Source of the DNA: Trichoplax sp. H2
Lineage: Eukaryota
Direction of reading: 5' to 3'
Assembly: GCA_003344405.1 (NCBI GenBank)
Contig: NOWV01000013.1
Location: 496,001 to 560,000, forward strand
DNA: 64,000 nt
Both the position numbers and the translations under genes were made by a program. How positions within the stretch are numbered: the stretch's first letter is position 1; every line of letters starts with the position of its first letter. Below are positions 24,624-37,400 of the stretch, piece after piece. The notes below the pieces were generated by a model, which did no database searches, was not told the DNA's origin, and was given only the letters and a program-made list of their open reading frames with translations.

Positions 24624-27600
24624 GGTATATTGTAAAATTAGGTTTTCTTGTGACAAGTTAGAAATGAAGCATACGTTTATTAGTATATAAATTACCTCAA
24701 AATTGTATTGAATTAATGTATAATCAGATATTTTCTGAGGCGATCTCGTACGAAAGTATTTAGGATAAGAGATGCTTACCTTTTTGTCTAATATCGTTTA
24801 GTAAAAGTCATAAAAGCTAGAATATAGATACACAGTAATTAGTTGACAAGATTGCTTATTTTTTATTTCTTACATATGTTATGTCCTAAAGTAGCAAATA
24901 TTTCACTTTATCCTATTCAGTCCTATATCTTTGAATTCAGTAAATGTCCGGTCTACTTTTATAAAGCGAGGTAATGTACCATCTAAAGATCGGTTAGTTA
25001 TTTTATTGGAAAAGGAATGGCAAATTGCTAAGAATCTATCTGCATCTATCACTCTTTATTAATCTAAATAATTTTTAAACAATATGAATAGTACAGACAG
25101 TAAATAAAAGAATTTAAATAGCCTTTGAATCACATAAAATAGGATGTAATTCATACAATTGGTTGAATATGTTCATAATTAGCCAGTTTCTTTAAAATTA
25201 TATTATAAACATTAATAGAATCTAAGTATTAACGGTTTAGAGGAAAAGTATTACTTAATTTGATGAAGGCGATTTTTTATCCATTTATTAAATTTAAGCT
25301 TACCCGAACTTATAAAGCTTTTATGCAGGATAATCACGAAAGAAGATTAAAACTGTCCTTATGGCTGTGCACAATAGTCGATTTGTTATATTGTACTCAC
25401 ATCTTTAAATAGCTTATTTGCAATTAAGTCTCTGTCATGTTCTTTTATTCATTGACATTTAATAAGTGTCCTAAGAGTTTGATTCTTATTTGTTTGAGTC
25501 GGTTCCTGATTCGCTTAGTTACTGGCATATGAAAGTCTTTTTTCAAATAGCTCTGCTGTTAAGTAGTGTACAGATGTAAATGGGTTTAGATTTACAATAT
25601 TTGAATAACTAAAAGCGCTGCAAGAATCGAGAAACAGTTCATTTTGCTATCCTTATTTATTTATTATACTAGTGACTTTTTGGATCTTTAGTTATAGCTG
25701 ATAATTAACCTACAAGATTAATTGATATTACAGTATAATTGATTTTTTTTAGTGGTGCATTCGTAGACAATAAATAAATTATTGCGCCAATTAGAAATGT
25801 ATTCTATGAAAACCTTTATTCATTACCAAATTTCAAAGAACAGATACAGGACAACAATGTCTTAAATAATGTAACTTAATGTTTTTAAACATCGAGGATC
25901 TTTCGTTTGTAATGATATGATTTTAAAAAATAACAAAAACAACCTCTTCTATTATTTCAATTGAGAGAGTGCCAATTTGTATTTGGTGTTGCGCAGATTT
26001 GTTTTATTGCTAATGGCTTCAAAAGCGGACGCTATTGGGAGTAGTCCATCCTACGGACTGTATAGTAGAAAAAATGATTGTAATAAGAATCCAATTAATA
26101 TATATATTTTACCGGAAAAGTATTGACGATTTCTATTCTTAATTGTAAAGCTAGAAAATTAATTTATAGTCAAGATGACATGTTCATCGTAATAACTCAA
26201 GACGAGGTTTAGATTTATCTTGACTCACGCCGTTACGGCGCTGCTATCGGATTAATACATAATCATACATTACTTTCATGTGTCTCTACTTTATGGTTGT
26301 AACATACTGTATGTTTAAAAAAATGCGAAAAGATTGCAGTTACGAAATTAATACTACAAGATAGCTTAATTATATCATTATGATAATTCAATTCTACCTT
26401 TATGCTAGTCTGAACGAGTATGACAATGTTAAAATTTTTTCTATACGAAATATGAAAGATAGGTATAGAGCCATAAAATTGAAGCTAATTATACAATAGA
26501 CCATATAGATTTCCAATTATTAAGTTTATTCACATGCAAGTTCCTTACTCCTCGAGTAAAGCCATCCTAGAGATCACAAGTTCGCTTTTGAGTCTACATA
26601 TATTGTATTAATTAATTCGGGAAAAATGAGCCTGCTATTGCTAATTTCTTTAGTACTTTGCTCTATAGATTTCTCGATTCGGTATATATAACTTTCAATG
26701 TCTAGAATATACGTAGCTATCTAAATTATAGTCATCGCAGGATGCGAAGCAAGAAATGGTTACGTCTGCTTTAGTAAATATGAGAACATCCGATTGACTA
26801 TTTAATATTTCGAGTACTGTGTAAGTGCGCAATAGAAAGTTTAAGACGGGCGATCATTTTCGCAACTGTATGGATTATAATTATGGAAACGCTTCGAGTT
26901 CAAAATTGGGCAATGAATCCATGTTGCTGTACCGGCATATACCAGCAGTAGAGTATTACTGTGTGATAAGTGATTCCTTAGTCACACACCGTCGCTGTTA
27001 TGCTTCTCGATACAGCGTAAATGAGCAATAGAGTATTCTGCGTCATCATAGAGATAAATATTGACAACGTTCTATAATTTAAAAATTTTTTCTTTTATCC
27101 CTTTGTGCAGTTAGTCACTCATTTAGAAATCAGATTTCTTGTCGTGCTTAAGACCATAAAGTTATTAGTACTACTGGATGAGTTGAGTACAGTACTTGGA
27201 AGCGAAAACACGTCATTGAATAGTTAAAAACTATCCAGTGTTTATGTACCGATCGTGAAAAAAAGCATCTGCTTTTCTCGGTTAATATCATAATTTGATC
27301 ATTGAACGGTGCTAATATAGCCTGAAAAAAGAAGATCCATATGAAGAGGCTAATAATATTTGCAAAAATCGACGAGTATAGCGAATCACCCAAAAATGGC
27401 TAAAATTTCAGAATTGGATATAAAATTTGCAATTTCTGTGTTTGACTGAATTCATTAAAAAAGAATAAAAATAAGGAAAAGTAATCAACATTTATACTGT
27501 ATATCTGTCTACGTGACTACGTGTACATGTTTTTTATATACTGCATATTTCAATTTCATTTAATTCCAGTTGGGATGTGCAAAAAGCTCCTTCTAAACAA

Positions 27601-27702
27601 GTACATGCCAATGTCCCCGCAATAACGGTGTCCATTGTTCCAGTACAGCATTATTAATTAATTCAGTTGAGAGACTACTGCTACTAGTGATCAATGGGGG
27701 GG

Positions 27703-27902
27703 GGGCTATGGGTGCACTGGTGCATGGACATGGATGGATGGACAACTGAACCGTACTGTACTGTACTGTCTGTCTGTACATACTGTACAGTACTGTAATA
27801 TTTTTTCATTTTACCATTATGGCAGGTACTGTACTGTACAGTACAGACAGGTGTATGGTTCAGTTTTCAATTGTCCATCCATCCACGTCCAGTCCATAGC
27901 CC
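27703..27902. repeat. ~200-bp imperfect inverted repeat (foldback/MITE-like)
   Basis: Left arm GGGCTATGG..TGGACATGGATGGATGGACAA.CTGAACCGTAC..TGTCTGTAC mirrors right arm GTACAGACA..GTATGGTTCAG..TTGTCCATCCATCCACGTCCA..CCATAGCCC. Confidence 0.7.
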
Positions 27903-28530
27903 TCGAGATTCGTGACCCGTCATAAGACTCATGACAGTATAGTACTGTACGTGACCCATACAGTACATTACAGTACAGTACAGTACTGTACACTGTACAG
28001 TACAGTCTGAACTAGTCTGGACTACAGTAGTCTAGTCTAGTCCAGACTGTTTAAGTTAAAAAATCAATCAATCAATTTTAAAAGTTAGTAATTTCCCAAT
28101 AGCTTCACGGCAGTCATCACTGGCAGCCTGCTGATATAAATTTATAAGGAATTTTATTTACTTAAAGTGGCCTATCGCGGTTTAAAATTGCTAATCCAAC
28201 GCTATCTTTTGTCATTTTTTAAAATGGCGTTGTACTGTATCAGAATTTGAAACGGCGATAGTTGACTTTTAGTAAATAGAATTCCTTGACAAATTAGTGT
28301 GCAGCATACTGTATCAGGAGATCGGCACTCATGTACAGTACAGTACAGTACTGTCGATTTTTGAACACAGTGTACAGTGTACCGTGTAGTGTACAGTACT
28401 GTACAGTACAGTACTGTACAGTGTACAGTGTACAGTACTGTACTGAACTGTCGATTTTTGAACACAGTCTACAGTGTACAGTGTACAGTACTGTACTGTA
28501 TGCCTTGAGCATAGTACTGTACTGTACAGT
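27753..28530. repeat. TACAG/CTGTA array upstream of DAP3, including a ~98-bp internal duplication
   Basis: Long pentamer runs. CTGTCGATTTTTGAACACAGT occurs at ~28351 and ~28448. These runs generate the spurious YSTV/CTVL ORFs. Confidence 0.85.
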
Positions 28531-28864
28531 TTTCGACGTGTGTTCCAAAATTCGCGTATTCAACCGACAGCCAGCAAAAAATGTTCAGGCCAGTTATTAT
28601 TGCGGTCATTTTACTATACGCTAAGACTCTAACTGTACATCATATAGTACAAAACCAACTTGGCAGCGCGATCGTGCACCGGGGGGGGAATGGTCAGGCC
28701 GTACGCCGTACTACAGTTGAAATGACCAGCAAAATCGTCGGCCTATCAACTGCTAGCAATAGATAGCTCAAGGGTCGTGTTCTGCCACTCTCTACTGACA
28801 ACTGGCTCATTCAGTGCTGTATCCAGTCCGCAGTCAACGTCGAGTCCATGTTATTGCTCAAGCA

Positions 28865-31800
28865 ATGGCTAATTTGATCCGATTTGGACACCAATCCTGC
28901 CAGTGGTCCTCAAGCTACTCTATCAAGGTATCAATTCAAAATAGCGCAGATTGCCACTCTTTTACTCTCTATTTTGTACTGTATCTACTTGCAATGAGGA
29001 TAATGTTGGTACTGTCGACATGGCTTGCAGCGACGAGGTGTGCGTGACATCTGCAATCATGTTGACGAAAGTTTTACTTTAAAGACCTAATCTTGCTATC
29101 GAGTAGAGCTATAATATATTGTATGTCATATTTTAATGGGTAGTTATGCTACGTAGACCAACGATGTTAACCAATGGATTGGATAGAAAATTAGATAGTC
29201 TAAATAATGGTGATATATCGATAATATTTGTAGATTTGGAACTTTGCAAGAACCCTTTCAACCTCAATCGCGGCTAACAATGCAACAGTTACCATGCAAC
29301 AACCCTCTGATGGGGATGAACATCAAGCCAGCGTAGAGCGAGAATCAAACGCCACTTCCCTTTCGATCCATGTACCATCAAAAGTCAATAACCCTGTAAT
29401 GATCATTGATCAAGACAATGAGTATTTTATTGCCATGGATTAACCTTTGAAAAATAATCATTCTTCGTCAATCACTAATTTAATATATAATTGCTGTACT
29501 ATCTTGTCCAAGCGATCATCCAAATCATCATCATGTTGAACGGTGTATAAATCGAGCAACTAATCGTCCCTTGAATGATATAACTTTATTTATTTTGATT
29601 TAGGTATTACATGACATAGAGCACATAGGTCAATTTTACACTGTTCGACAAGATGATATGGATGCTGTACTAGCTAAAGCATTACCAAGGCGACTGACAA
29701 GTTTCGTAAGTACTGTACTCTGTTTTACAATAAATTTACGGATTATAATGAATAATGAATCAATTAAACTACGATATCAATGATACACAAAAAAGTCAAA
29801 TTTAATAATTAATAATGATACCGGTAACGTGTATATACAGTATATTGGCTATATCCAGATTAGATCGGATCAAACATTATATTTTAAGTGGCATAGAATT
29901 GGCAGACAGGAATTCGCCTGTCAGTCCATTAGATCATTTAAATGTAATAAATTGATAGCTAACTTTATTAGTGAGTATAATAGCATTCAGATATCTCTAT
30001 AGTTAAGATATAAAATGTAGTCTAAATAAATTCGGATAGTATCTTAATGAAAGACATATAGAAATAGTAGCTACTTATATTAGTAAACAATCTTTATATT
30101 TACTGATAATAATTTGAAGTTAGATAGGCATTTTTTCCTGTTCTACAGATAAAATGATAACCTCTAAAAAATAGAAAATTAAAAATGTGGTTATAGAATC
30201 AATATCATAGTTTTATGCCACTAATTGTGCTCTACCTACCTCTTAGTCAAAAGTAATTGGATCGGCTGATATCATGATAAGAGATCCGGCAATAGATATT
30301 ATAAATCAATTAAAGAAGAGATCACCCGATGAACAACCGTTAAAGTTTATTATTGGTATCCTTACTATGCGATGAAAATCATTTAGCATTGTTAAATATA
30401 ACGATACGTTGGATTGCCAGTCTTATTTAATGCAATTTGAATACTTTCCTTAGCAGTACCAAATTTTTTTATTTCCATCAGGTGGTAGAGACGGTACTGG
30501 TAAAACCGTAACATTAGCTCATGTGATTCACTACTGTTATCGATCTAATTGGTTTATTTTACACGTTCCAAGTGGTTAGTACGTTCAACTCTTCTACCTT
30601 ATACAATTACCATTTAATATAACATTTGCTAATCTTAAATATTGAAACAATATTATATATGCATATGTGTATGTACTTTAAGCTACATAACATTCGGAAA
30701 TACAATGTTTGGCCAGCGATTCGTGCATATAATTACTAGATTTCAATAATCAACAATCTCTAAATAAACATCTTCAACAGAATGAATAGATACTAGTATT
30801 AAATATGGAAAATTAAACTTCAAATATTCTCTCACTCTAAGTATCATTGAAGTTATTTTGGATAATTTTTCTTTGCAATCAGCAAGGATGCTATACATCG
30901 TAATAGTACCGTACGATTTTAGACTACTTCATATCTGAATGTATTTAAAGAAGTTTATTTTTTAAGTCCAATCTGTCAGATATTATTATTTGCTGTTACG
31001 CCATCTAATAGATTTTTCTTATATTAAAAGTCTAATTATATCCTACAAGCAAAGGCTTGCATTAATTAGCCATGACTTAGAACGAGATAAATTTTAACCT
31101 TTTACACATGTAATACTCAATATGTAGCTACTTTTTACAATTTAATATTTTTTAAAGATATAAATTCATTCTCTTGTTAACCGTAGTATATAAGTGGATC
31201 AGTCCGAATTGCGAAGTTAAACGATCACATCGCAGAAAAAAATTTTGGGACCAGATAGACCATGCTTGTGAATGGCTAAAACTATGTAAATCAATCAATA
31301 AACATCTAATTGGAAATGTAAGTACTGTAGTAATCTTATAATTCACTGATCTGTGTTATGATTGGGAATAAAGTAGAGATGATTTTAAAGGATATACTCG
31401 TATATAACGAAATTCGTAATTTTAAGTTAGAATTCCATTGTACCTGCAATACTGTTATAGAGTCTTATTACCGCTATTTGCTCTAGATGTTTATAAAGAA
31501 GACATTTCATTATGGTCGAGGTGACAAATTCGTGAAAGGCGATAGTCTAGCTAAAGTAATTGAACAAGTAAGCGACAGGATAGTACGTGTAATATTGGTA
31601 CAGTTATTTAACAGACGATTTCATGCTTGGGTTATTCGTTGCTGTTTAGGGCCTGTTAAAATCGGAGTTTTCTGTGGACGTAGTGGAATGTATTTTACAG
31701 GAACTTGCAACCCAAAATGAGTAAGAGTAGATACAATGTAATAAGTAACTATAGGCCTATATGTAACCCTCAATTTTAGAATATATTATGTAAAAATCTT

Positions 31801-33080
31801 TTTTGTGATAGTGGTCTCGTTTGAAAGGCGTATACAACATAATTTAGTATTAAAGGACAGTATCCACCCCGGTTATTTAAATCGAACTTTAGAGTTTACT
31901 GGTTTATACTTCTTTAAAATTATAATAAATCTTAATTGCTAGAAATACTAGTATCTAGTTAGCTTCATATTCATATTTTTTCAGTATTTTAATTGTTAAT
32001 AAATTTCTTCGACATTAGAAAATATTCGCCATTATTTTTGAGATAAACATCAGAAAGTTGACAGTTAAATTTAAATGCAGTAATGGGGAGTAATTTTTAC
32101 ATCGCAGCTGTATTTTTTAAATAACTTTGCTATGACAGTACTTTATAATTCAGTTATTGTTTGGATAGAATCCCAGTGTTGTATGCTGTTGATGAATACA
32201 ATGCCTTTTTCGGAAAAAGTGCGGTCCAAGACTGGGATAAAAAAAATGTAATTATTACTATTACTGTTAATACGAGCATTACTTTTATTCAAAAATAATA
32301 TTGGGTAATACGTGTAAAATGCTATTTTTTAATCAAAGATTGATCCAGTCTATCTATCTCTGATAGCGAATTTTACGCGTGTTTTGGAGCCCAAAAGTAG
32401 ATTGGTAATCTTTTACATTCTAATTTATAAACATCCTAAATTTTATATAATTTCACTGTATGATAGTATTTATTATATCTATGAAATTGTCCCTTAAACA
32501 TTTAATAAAATAATATCAATCACGCTGTTTTAATTTCTTGTTGTTACTAAAATGATCTTAGTTATTTTAAAATTGATTGTTTTTTATTTATAGCGCAATG
32601 GAGCATATGTCATGGCGATTTCACGTACTGGTGCACCAAGAACACATTGCTATACTGCTAAGCAATTATTACCCGGCGTAGTAAGAAAATACTCAATTAA
32701 ATACATTAAGTAGTGATTATACGTATTATGCGACATTAAAATCTATGTAGAGCCTGCACAGAAGCAATTAATTGATGGGTTTCTCTTTTAATAGGGTATG
32801 AGACGTAGTGAGCCGTATAGCCCCAAGGTTGTATCCAATCTTACTAAGGAAGAAGTCAAAACATTTATTCATTATTATAAAATGAAGTCTTGGCTAAACT
32901 GTAAGTTAATTTATAAAGTAATTATCCTATACATTATACAGTATGATCTTTCACCAAATATCTATTAATAGTTTTCGACTTTGTGTATTATTAGATGAAA
33001 ATGATACCGAAATTAACGAGATTCATGACTTAACTTCAGGAAATCCATTATTGCTGAGTAAAATTAGTGCTTGGAACTGA
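28865..33080 (+). CDS. DAP3: Mitochondrial small-subunit ribosomal protein mS29 (death-associated protein 3), ~13 exons
   Basis: Spliced exons give ...HIGQFYTV...ALPRRL...IMIRDPAIDII..LK...KFIIGGRDGTGKTVTLAHVIHYC...W.ILHVPS...WDQ...A.EWLK...VLYAVDEYNAFF...NGA...LTSGNP. The P-loop GxxGxGKT and the order of blocks match DAP3. Stop TGA at 33078-33080. Confidence 0.9.
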
Positions 33081-34448
33081 GTTCTATGCATAAACTACAT
33101 GCAAGTAAAATTTGTTATCGATTTTCTGTTATATCACTTGTACAAGCAAATAATTCTTAATAGATTATATCAGATAACTTTAAATATTATTTTAGTAACA
33201 GCTGCATATTATTTATAATTATAGATCGTAAGACGTTATGTATTGATTTTCACATTTCAAAATAACGACGACGTCTTTTTCCTACAATTAAATAAATAAC
33301 TCTTTAAAAGGCGTTGAGCGTCCTGTTTGGCCCTAATCTCTTTGCATATTATTTCTAAAAGTGCTAATAGTGATCAAATTGCCTTTATTGATATCCTTCG
33401 ACATGAATATAATAATTTTACGTATGCCTTTACAAATTATTTATAATTAAAGGTGCACAGACGCACGGAGATACTAAGCTCAACATTCCGTGGAGTTAGG
33501 TTGTGTTGTTGGTTTACAACGACCACTCTCGGAACATCGGCTTAAAATTCGTATATATGCAGAACATGATATCATAAATTAGCCACGTAAAGATATTCTA
33601 GTACATCATGTTACCACATAACTACGATTTTGTAATGCCGATATCGACTGAATCACAGAAAGCAAGGGCAGTAAGTACACATTTACGAAGACATCACATA
33701 AATTTATTTATTAACCAATAGTAGACAGCTTAGTCGGTCTCGTTCTATTTTCTGCTTAGAATCTCTAATACAGGAAGAAAGGTCTTTTTAAAAGTAGAAA
33801 TGCTCTGCAACGATTTCACGCATATGTGATGAGGTTTTAATTCCATTGCCAAATCTTGACTATCTATTAGTCATACTCTATCATAGAATTAATACTGTAA
33901 AAATTCTTTTAGTTTTGTCAAATAGTAGCTCTGACTTACAGATTTTTAAATACTCCATCTAGTTATTAGTCGATGAGCATTCTCGGCAAGATATATATTC
34001 GCAACAATAGCTAACTACGGAAATCAAGACAACTCATAATATTATCAGCTATAACAACCACGCTACGGCTCAATCATCGATGAAATACTGAGCTATCGAT
34101 AAGTATAAATACCGTATAGCTACATCCCAATGGATGTACATTGTACATGTCTAGTTGGTTATATGAAATCATCTGAAGAAAGCCTTTGTAATTGGAATGA
34201 AAACCGCTTATTATAAGCTTACATTGTTGATGACATCGAAACGGTTAAAGTTATATGTTTCGATCATTTCTAACAAATACACAGAATTAATTTGCATAAA
34301 AAATATTTTAAACGAATCTAATCTTAATCCATTTTATTATCAGAAAAGTAAAACGTGCTGTTAACTTTTTCAGAATTAAAACTATAACGTTTAAAAACTA
34401 GATCGTGTAATGTATAAGTTCATATTTTATAGAGGATAGGCGATTCGC

Positions 34449-37400
34449 TTACGTAAACATTTTTGGGCTAGATAAAGTTTTACACAACTGCGAATTTCTC
34501 AACGGGTTGTCAGTAATAGCGATGCATGGTAAAGATTTACTTATTTTAGCATCGCTCACATCGTTTAGCGTATAGTGTTCTTCCATTATTCCATGGGGTG
34601 ATGTAACGTTCTTAGGACAAGTATGACTTCCGTCTTGGCTGTTTAAAATCGATGAATCTGATGTTAGATTTCTTGAGCAATATTCGCCATAGTAATCATT
34701 CGCCTCAGATCTCTGATCGTGAAGGCAGCGGACATTCCTATCTAATAGTGATAAATTTACATCATGATCTACTTGTGTTCTTTCTACATCGTAAGCTTCT
34801 GTAATTTCTTCTCCCAATGTAATAACTTTAACACGTTCCGTATTTCTTCCATTTTTTTTAACAACAGCTTGTGCACATTCTTCGGAATGATAGTAAGATA
34901 CATCTTGGAATGTGTCTGGTAAATCAGGAAGTAGTAAGTCAATAATTGTTCGAAATTTTGGTCTCATTTTGGCTTGAAATTGGGTACATTTAGCCAAAAG
35001 GTGGTACCTAATAGAAGTATACAGTATTTCAATACATCATAGACTTCATTAATTTAGAAATCATTTCATCATAATAATATCCTAGTTTAATAGAGATAGC
35101 TTTATAATACAGAATAAATGGTGAGTAAGATGGATGTATTTAATAAGTAACTCAAATCTTTTGACTATAATTTCTTTGCGCTTAGAGGCACATACAATTT
35201 ATCAGAACAGAACGGAGGTCTCTCTGGGCATCCTCCATCGAGAACATATTTAACAACATCTTCGTTCGATTTTCCCGGATAAGGTTGTTCAGCTAAGGTA
35301 GTAATTTCCCATAAAGTAATACCGTATGACCTATATTTACGTTAAAACGAAAAGAAATCAAAGTTCATAATAACACTTGGAAGTAACCTATATGGTGCTC
35401 TATTTCAAAAGAATTTATAATCACTGAGATTAATTCTACCCACGAAATGAATCATCATAAAGATTAATTTTTTCATATGTACAGTTCTATTTCGTCTTAT
35501 CAATGTAGCAACAAATATTTAACTAGTCATGTTATATATTACATGATAATAAGGATACGAATTGTATTATTATATCTATCAAATCACATATTGGTTAAGC
35601 GGGTAACATAATGGGCACATTACCTATATGGTTGCTATAATTTAACTTACCATACGTCGGAAGCTGATGTAAATATACTGTCTCTTATAGATTCAGGAGG
35701 CATCCAACGCACAGGAAGCGGCCCTAAGCGCAAATATTAATGTACAACTATTAAAAATATTTCACTATTGATTCTTACATTTTCTACTAAAACGCGATAG
35801 TCGTGGTTAATGTCATACTCTAACTGATAGTATTCCTATTAGTTACCTTTTTCATTCTTATGATAGTAATCGCTGGTGTAAATATCGCGAGTTAAGCCAA
35901 AATCTTTAAAAGCCCAAAATTAGAAATATAACTTAAAATAGATATATATTCTATCACACACTTTCAATTATTCTAATCATTTACCTCCAATCTTCACTAC
36001 AAGATCTCCATTAACTAAGCAATTTCGAGTGGCAAGATCCCTAGTATTTACATAATTTCATCGATGTAAAATATTTTGATGAAGAGACCTAATACTGTAC
36101 TTAAGTTACCCTATTGCATATATGTGAAAAGGCGTTATTTCTACGTGACAATATACGTAATTATACCGTTTGGTGTATAGGATGATTTGTTGGTGACATT
36201 TTAGTAACTGACCTATGCAAAAACTTTCTATCCTCCAAGTACAACATTCCATCAGCTATTTCAGCAGCCATTTTATGAAATTGGATGTCAGTAGGTCGGT
36301 TTGGATTAGGTCTCGTATACTAAGGTTGGATTTTATAATACAAAATAACTATTGCTATTCCCGTATATCATCACTGTTTCTGAAATTAAATTGTCATTTA
36401 CGATTTTTAATCTACTTACATAATCTGCATTGTCAGCATCTTCACGAAGCGATCGTAAATAGTTCTTTAGGTCACCACGAATCATAAACTCCATGATGAC
36501 TAAAGGTGGAATTCCTTTTGAAACGATACCCAGTAATCTAACAATATGGTTGCACTCGAGTTCTCTATTAAACAGAGAGCACAATAACTGTCCTTAATGC
36601 AATTTTATAGTCTTATATTTTCCTACCAAAGTCAATAATTTGATTTCGTAGAATAATACGGCAATAGGTGGGAAAATATTGTAATAAAAATCAAGATTCG
36701 ATAATTGCCGTTATCATTATGATATTATACGCGTATATTTTCATATCAAAATCATTAGTTTAATTTTTACAGCCTTGTCCAGTATAAGTAATATAGAAAT
36801 ACAGTAATTATTTATTAATATTTATCAACAAATATAATTTAAATTTTACGTCATAATGCAGGCCTCATTTAAAAATTCTTGACGCTGTAGGAAGGTAGCC
36901 TTTTCGTTCACTGTCTATTTTACGATATAATACCAAACATCATCATCCAATTTTTATTATCGTTCTCTACTTAGTATTCTTTTATAACTGCAAATATGCT
37001 TTTAACTCCTGTACCTTGACGGCTACTTTAGTTTTCGATTCGCCATGAATAATACCATGAGCTTCACCAAGATAAACCATACCGAATGCGCCTTTGCCTA
37101 GTTCCTTCAATAAGTTCACCTTATCACGTTCAAATTCCCAGATAGCAGGAATACATGTTACTATTGATACAGTATATTAAAAAAGTTCCTTTAATACAAA
37201 TTACGTATTTTAGTAAATTTCTTGCTTTCCTTAAATATTGGATTAGATATAAACTCTTTAAAATTCAATAAACTCACTCGTATTTGATTTAAAGTGTTAT
37301 GTTATTTTATATTTACGATAAAATCTTACTATCTTCTTCGTTCATGTAGTTAGGATTATTCGATTCTATGAACTCCTTCGATTTTCTTTTAATTCTTAAC

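Noticed and set aside
25440-25530. Minus-strand peptide PVTKRIRNRLKQIRIKLLGHLL, faintly like a LINE ORF2 C-terminus
   Set aside because: Too short and weak, with no reverse-transcriptase motifs nearby.
28330-28530. CRISPR-like repeat/spacer appearance (CTGTCGATTTTTGAACACAGT x2)
   Set aside because: Only two units, the spacers are microsatellite, the context is eukaryotic and there are no cas genes.
27593-28624. Cluster of overlapping ORFs rich in YSTV/CTVL/VQY (also 9824-10132, 18197-18575 and 60822-61230)
   Set aside because: These are translations of the stop-poor TACAG/CTGTA microsatellite, not proteins.
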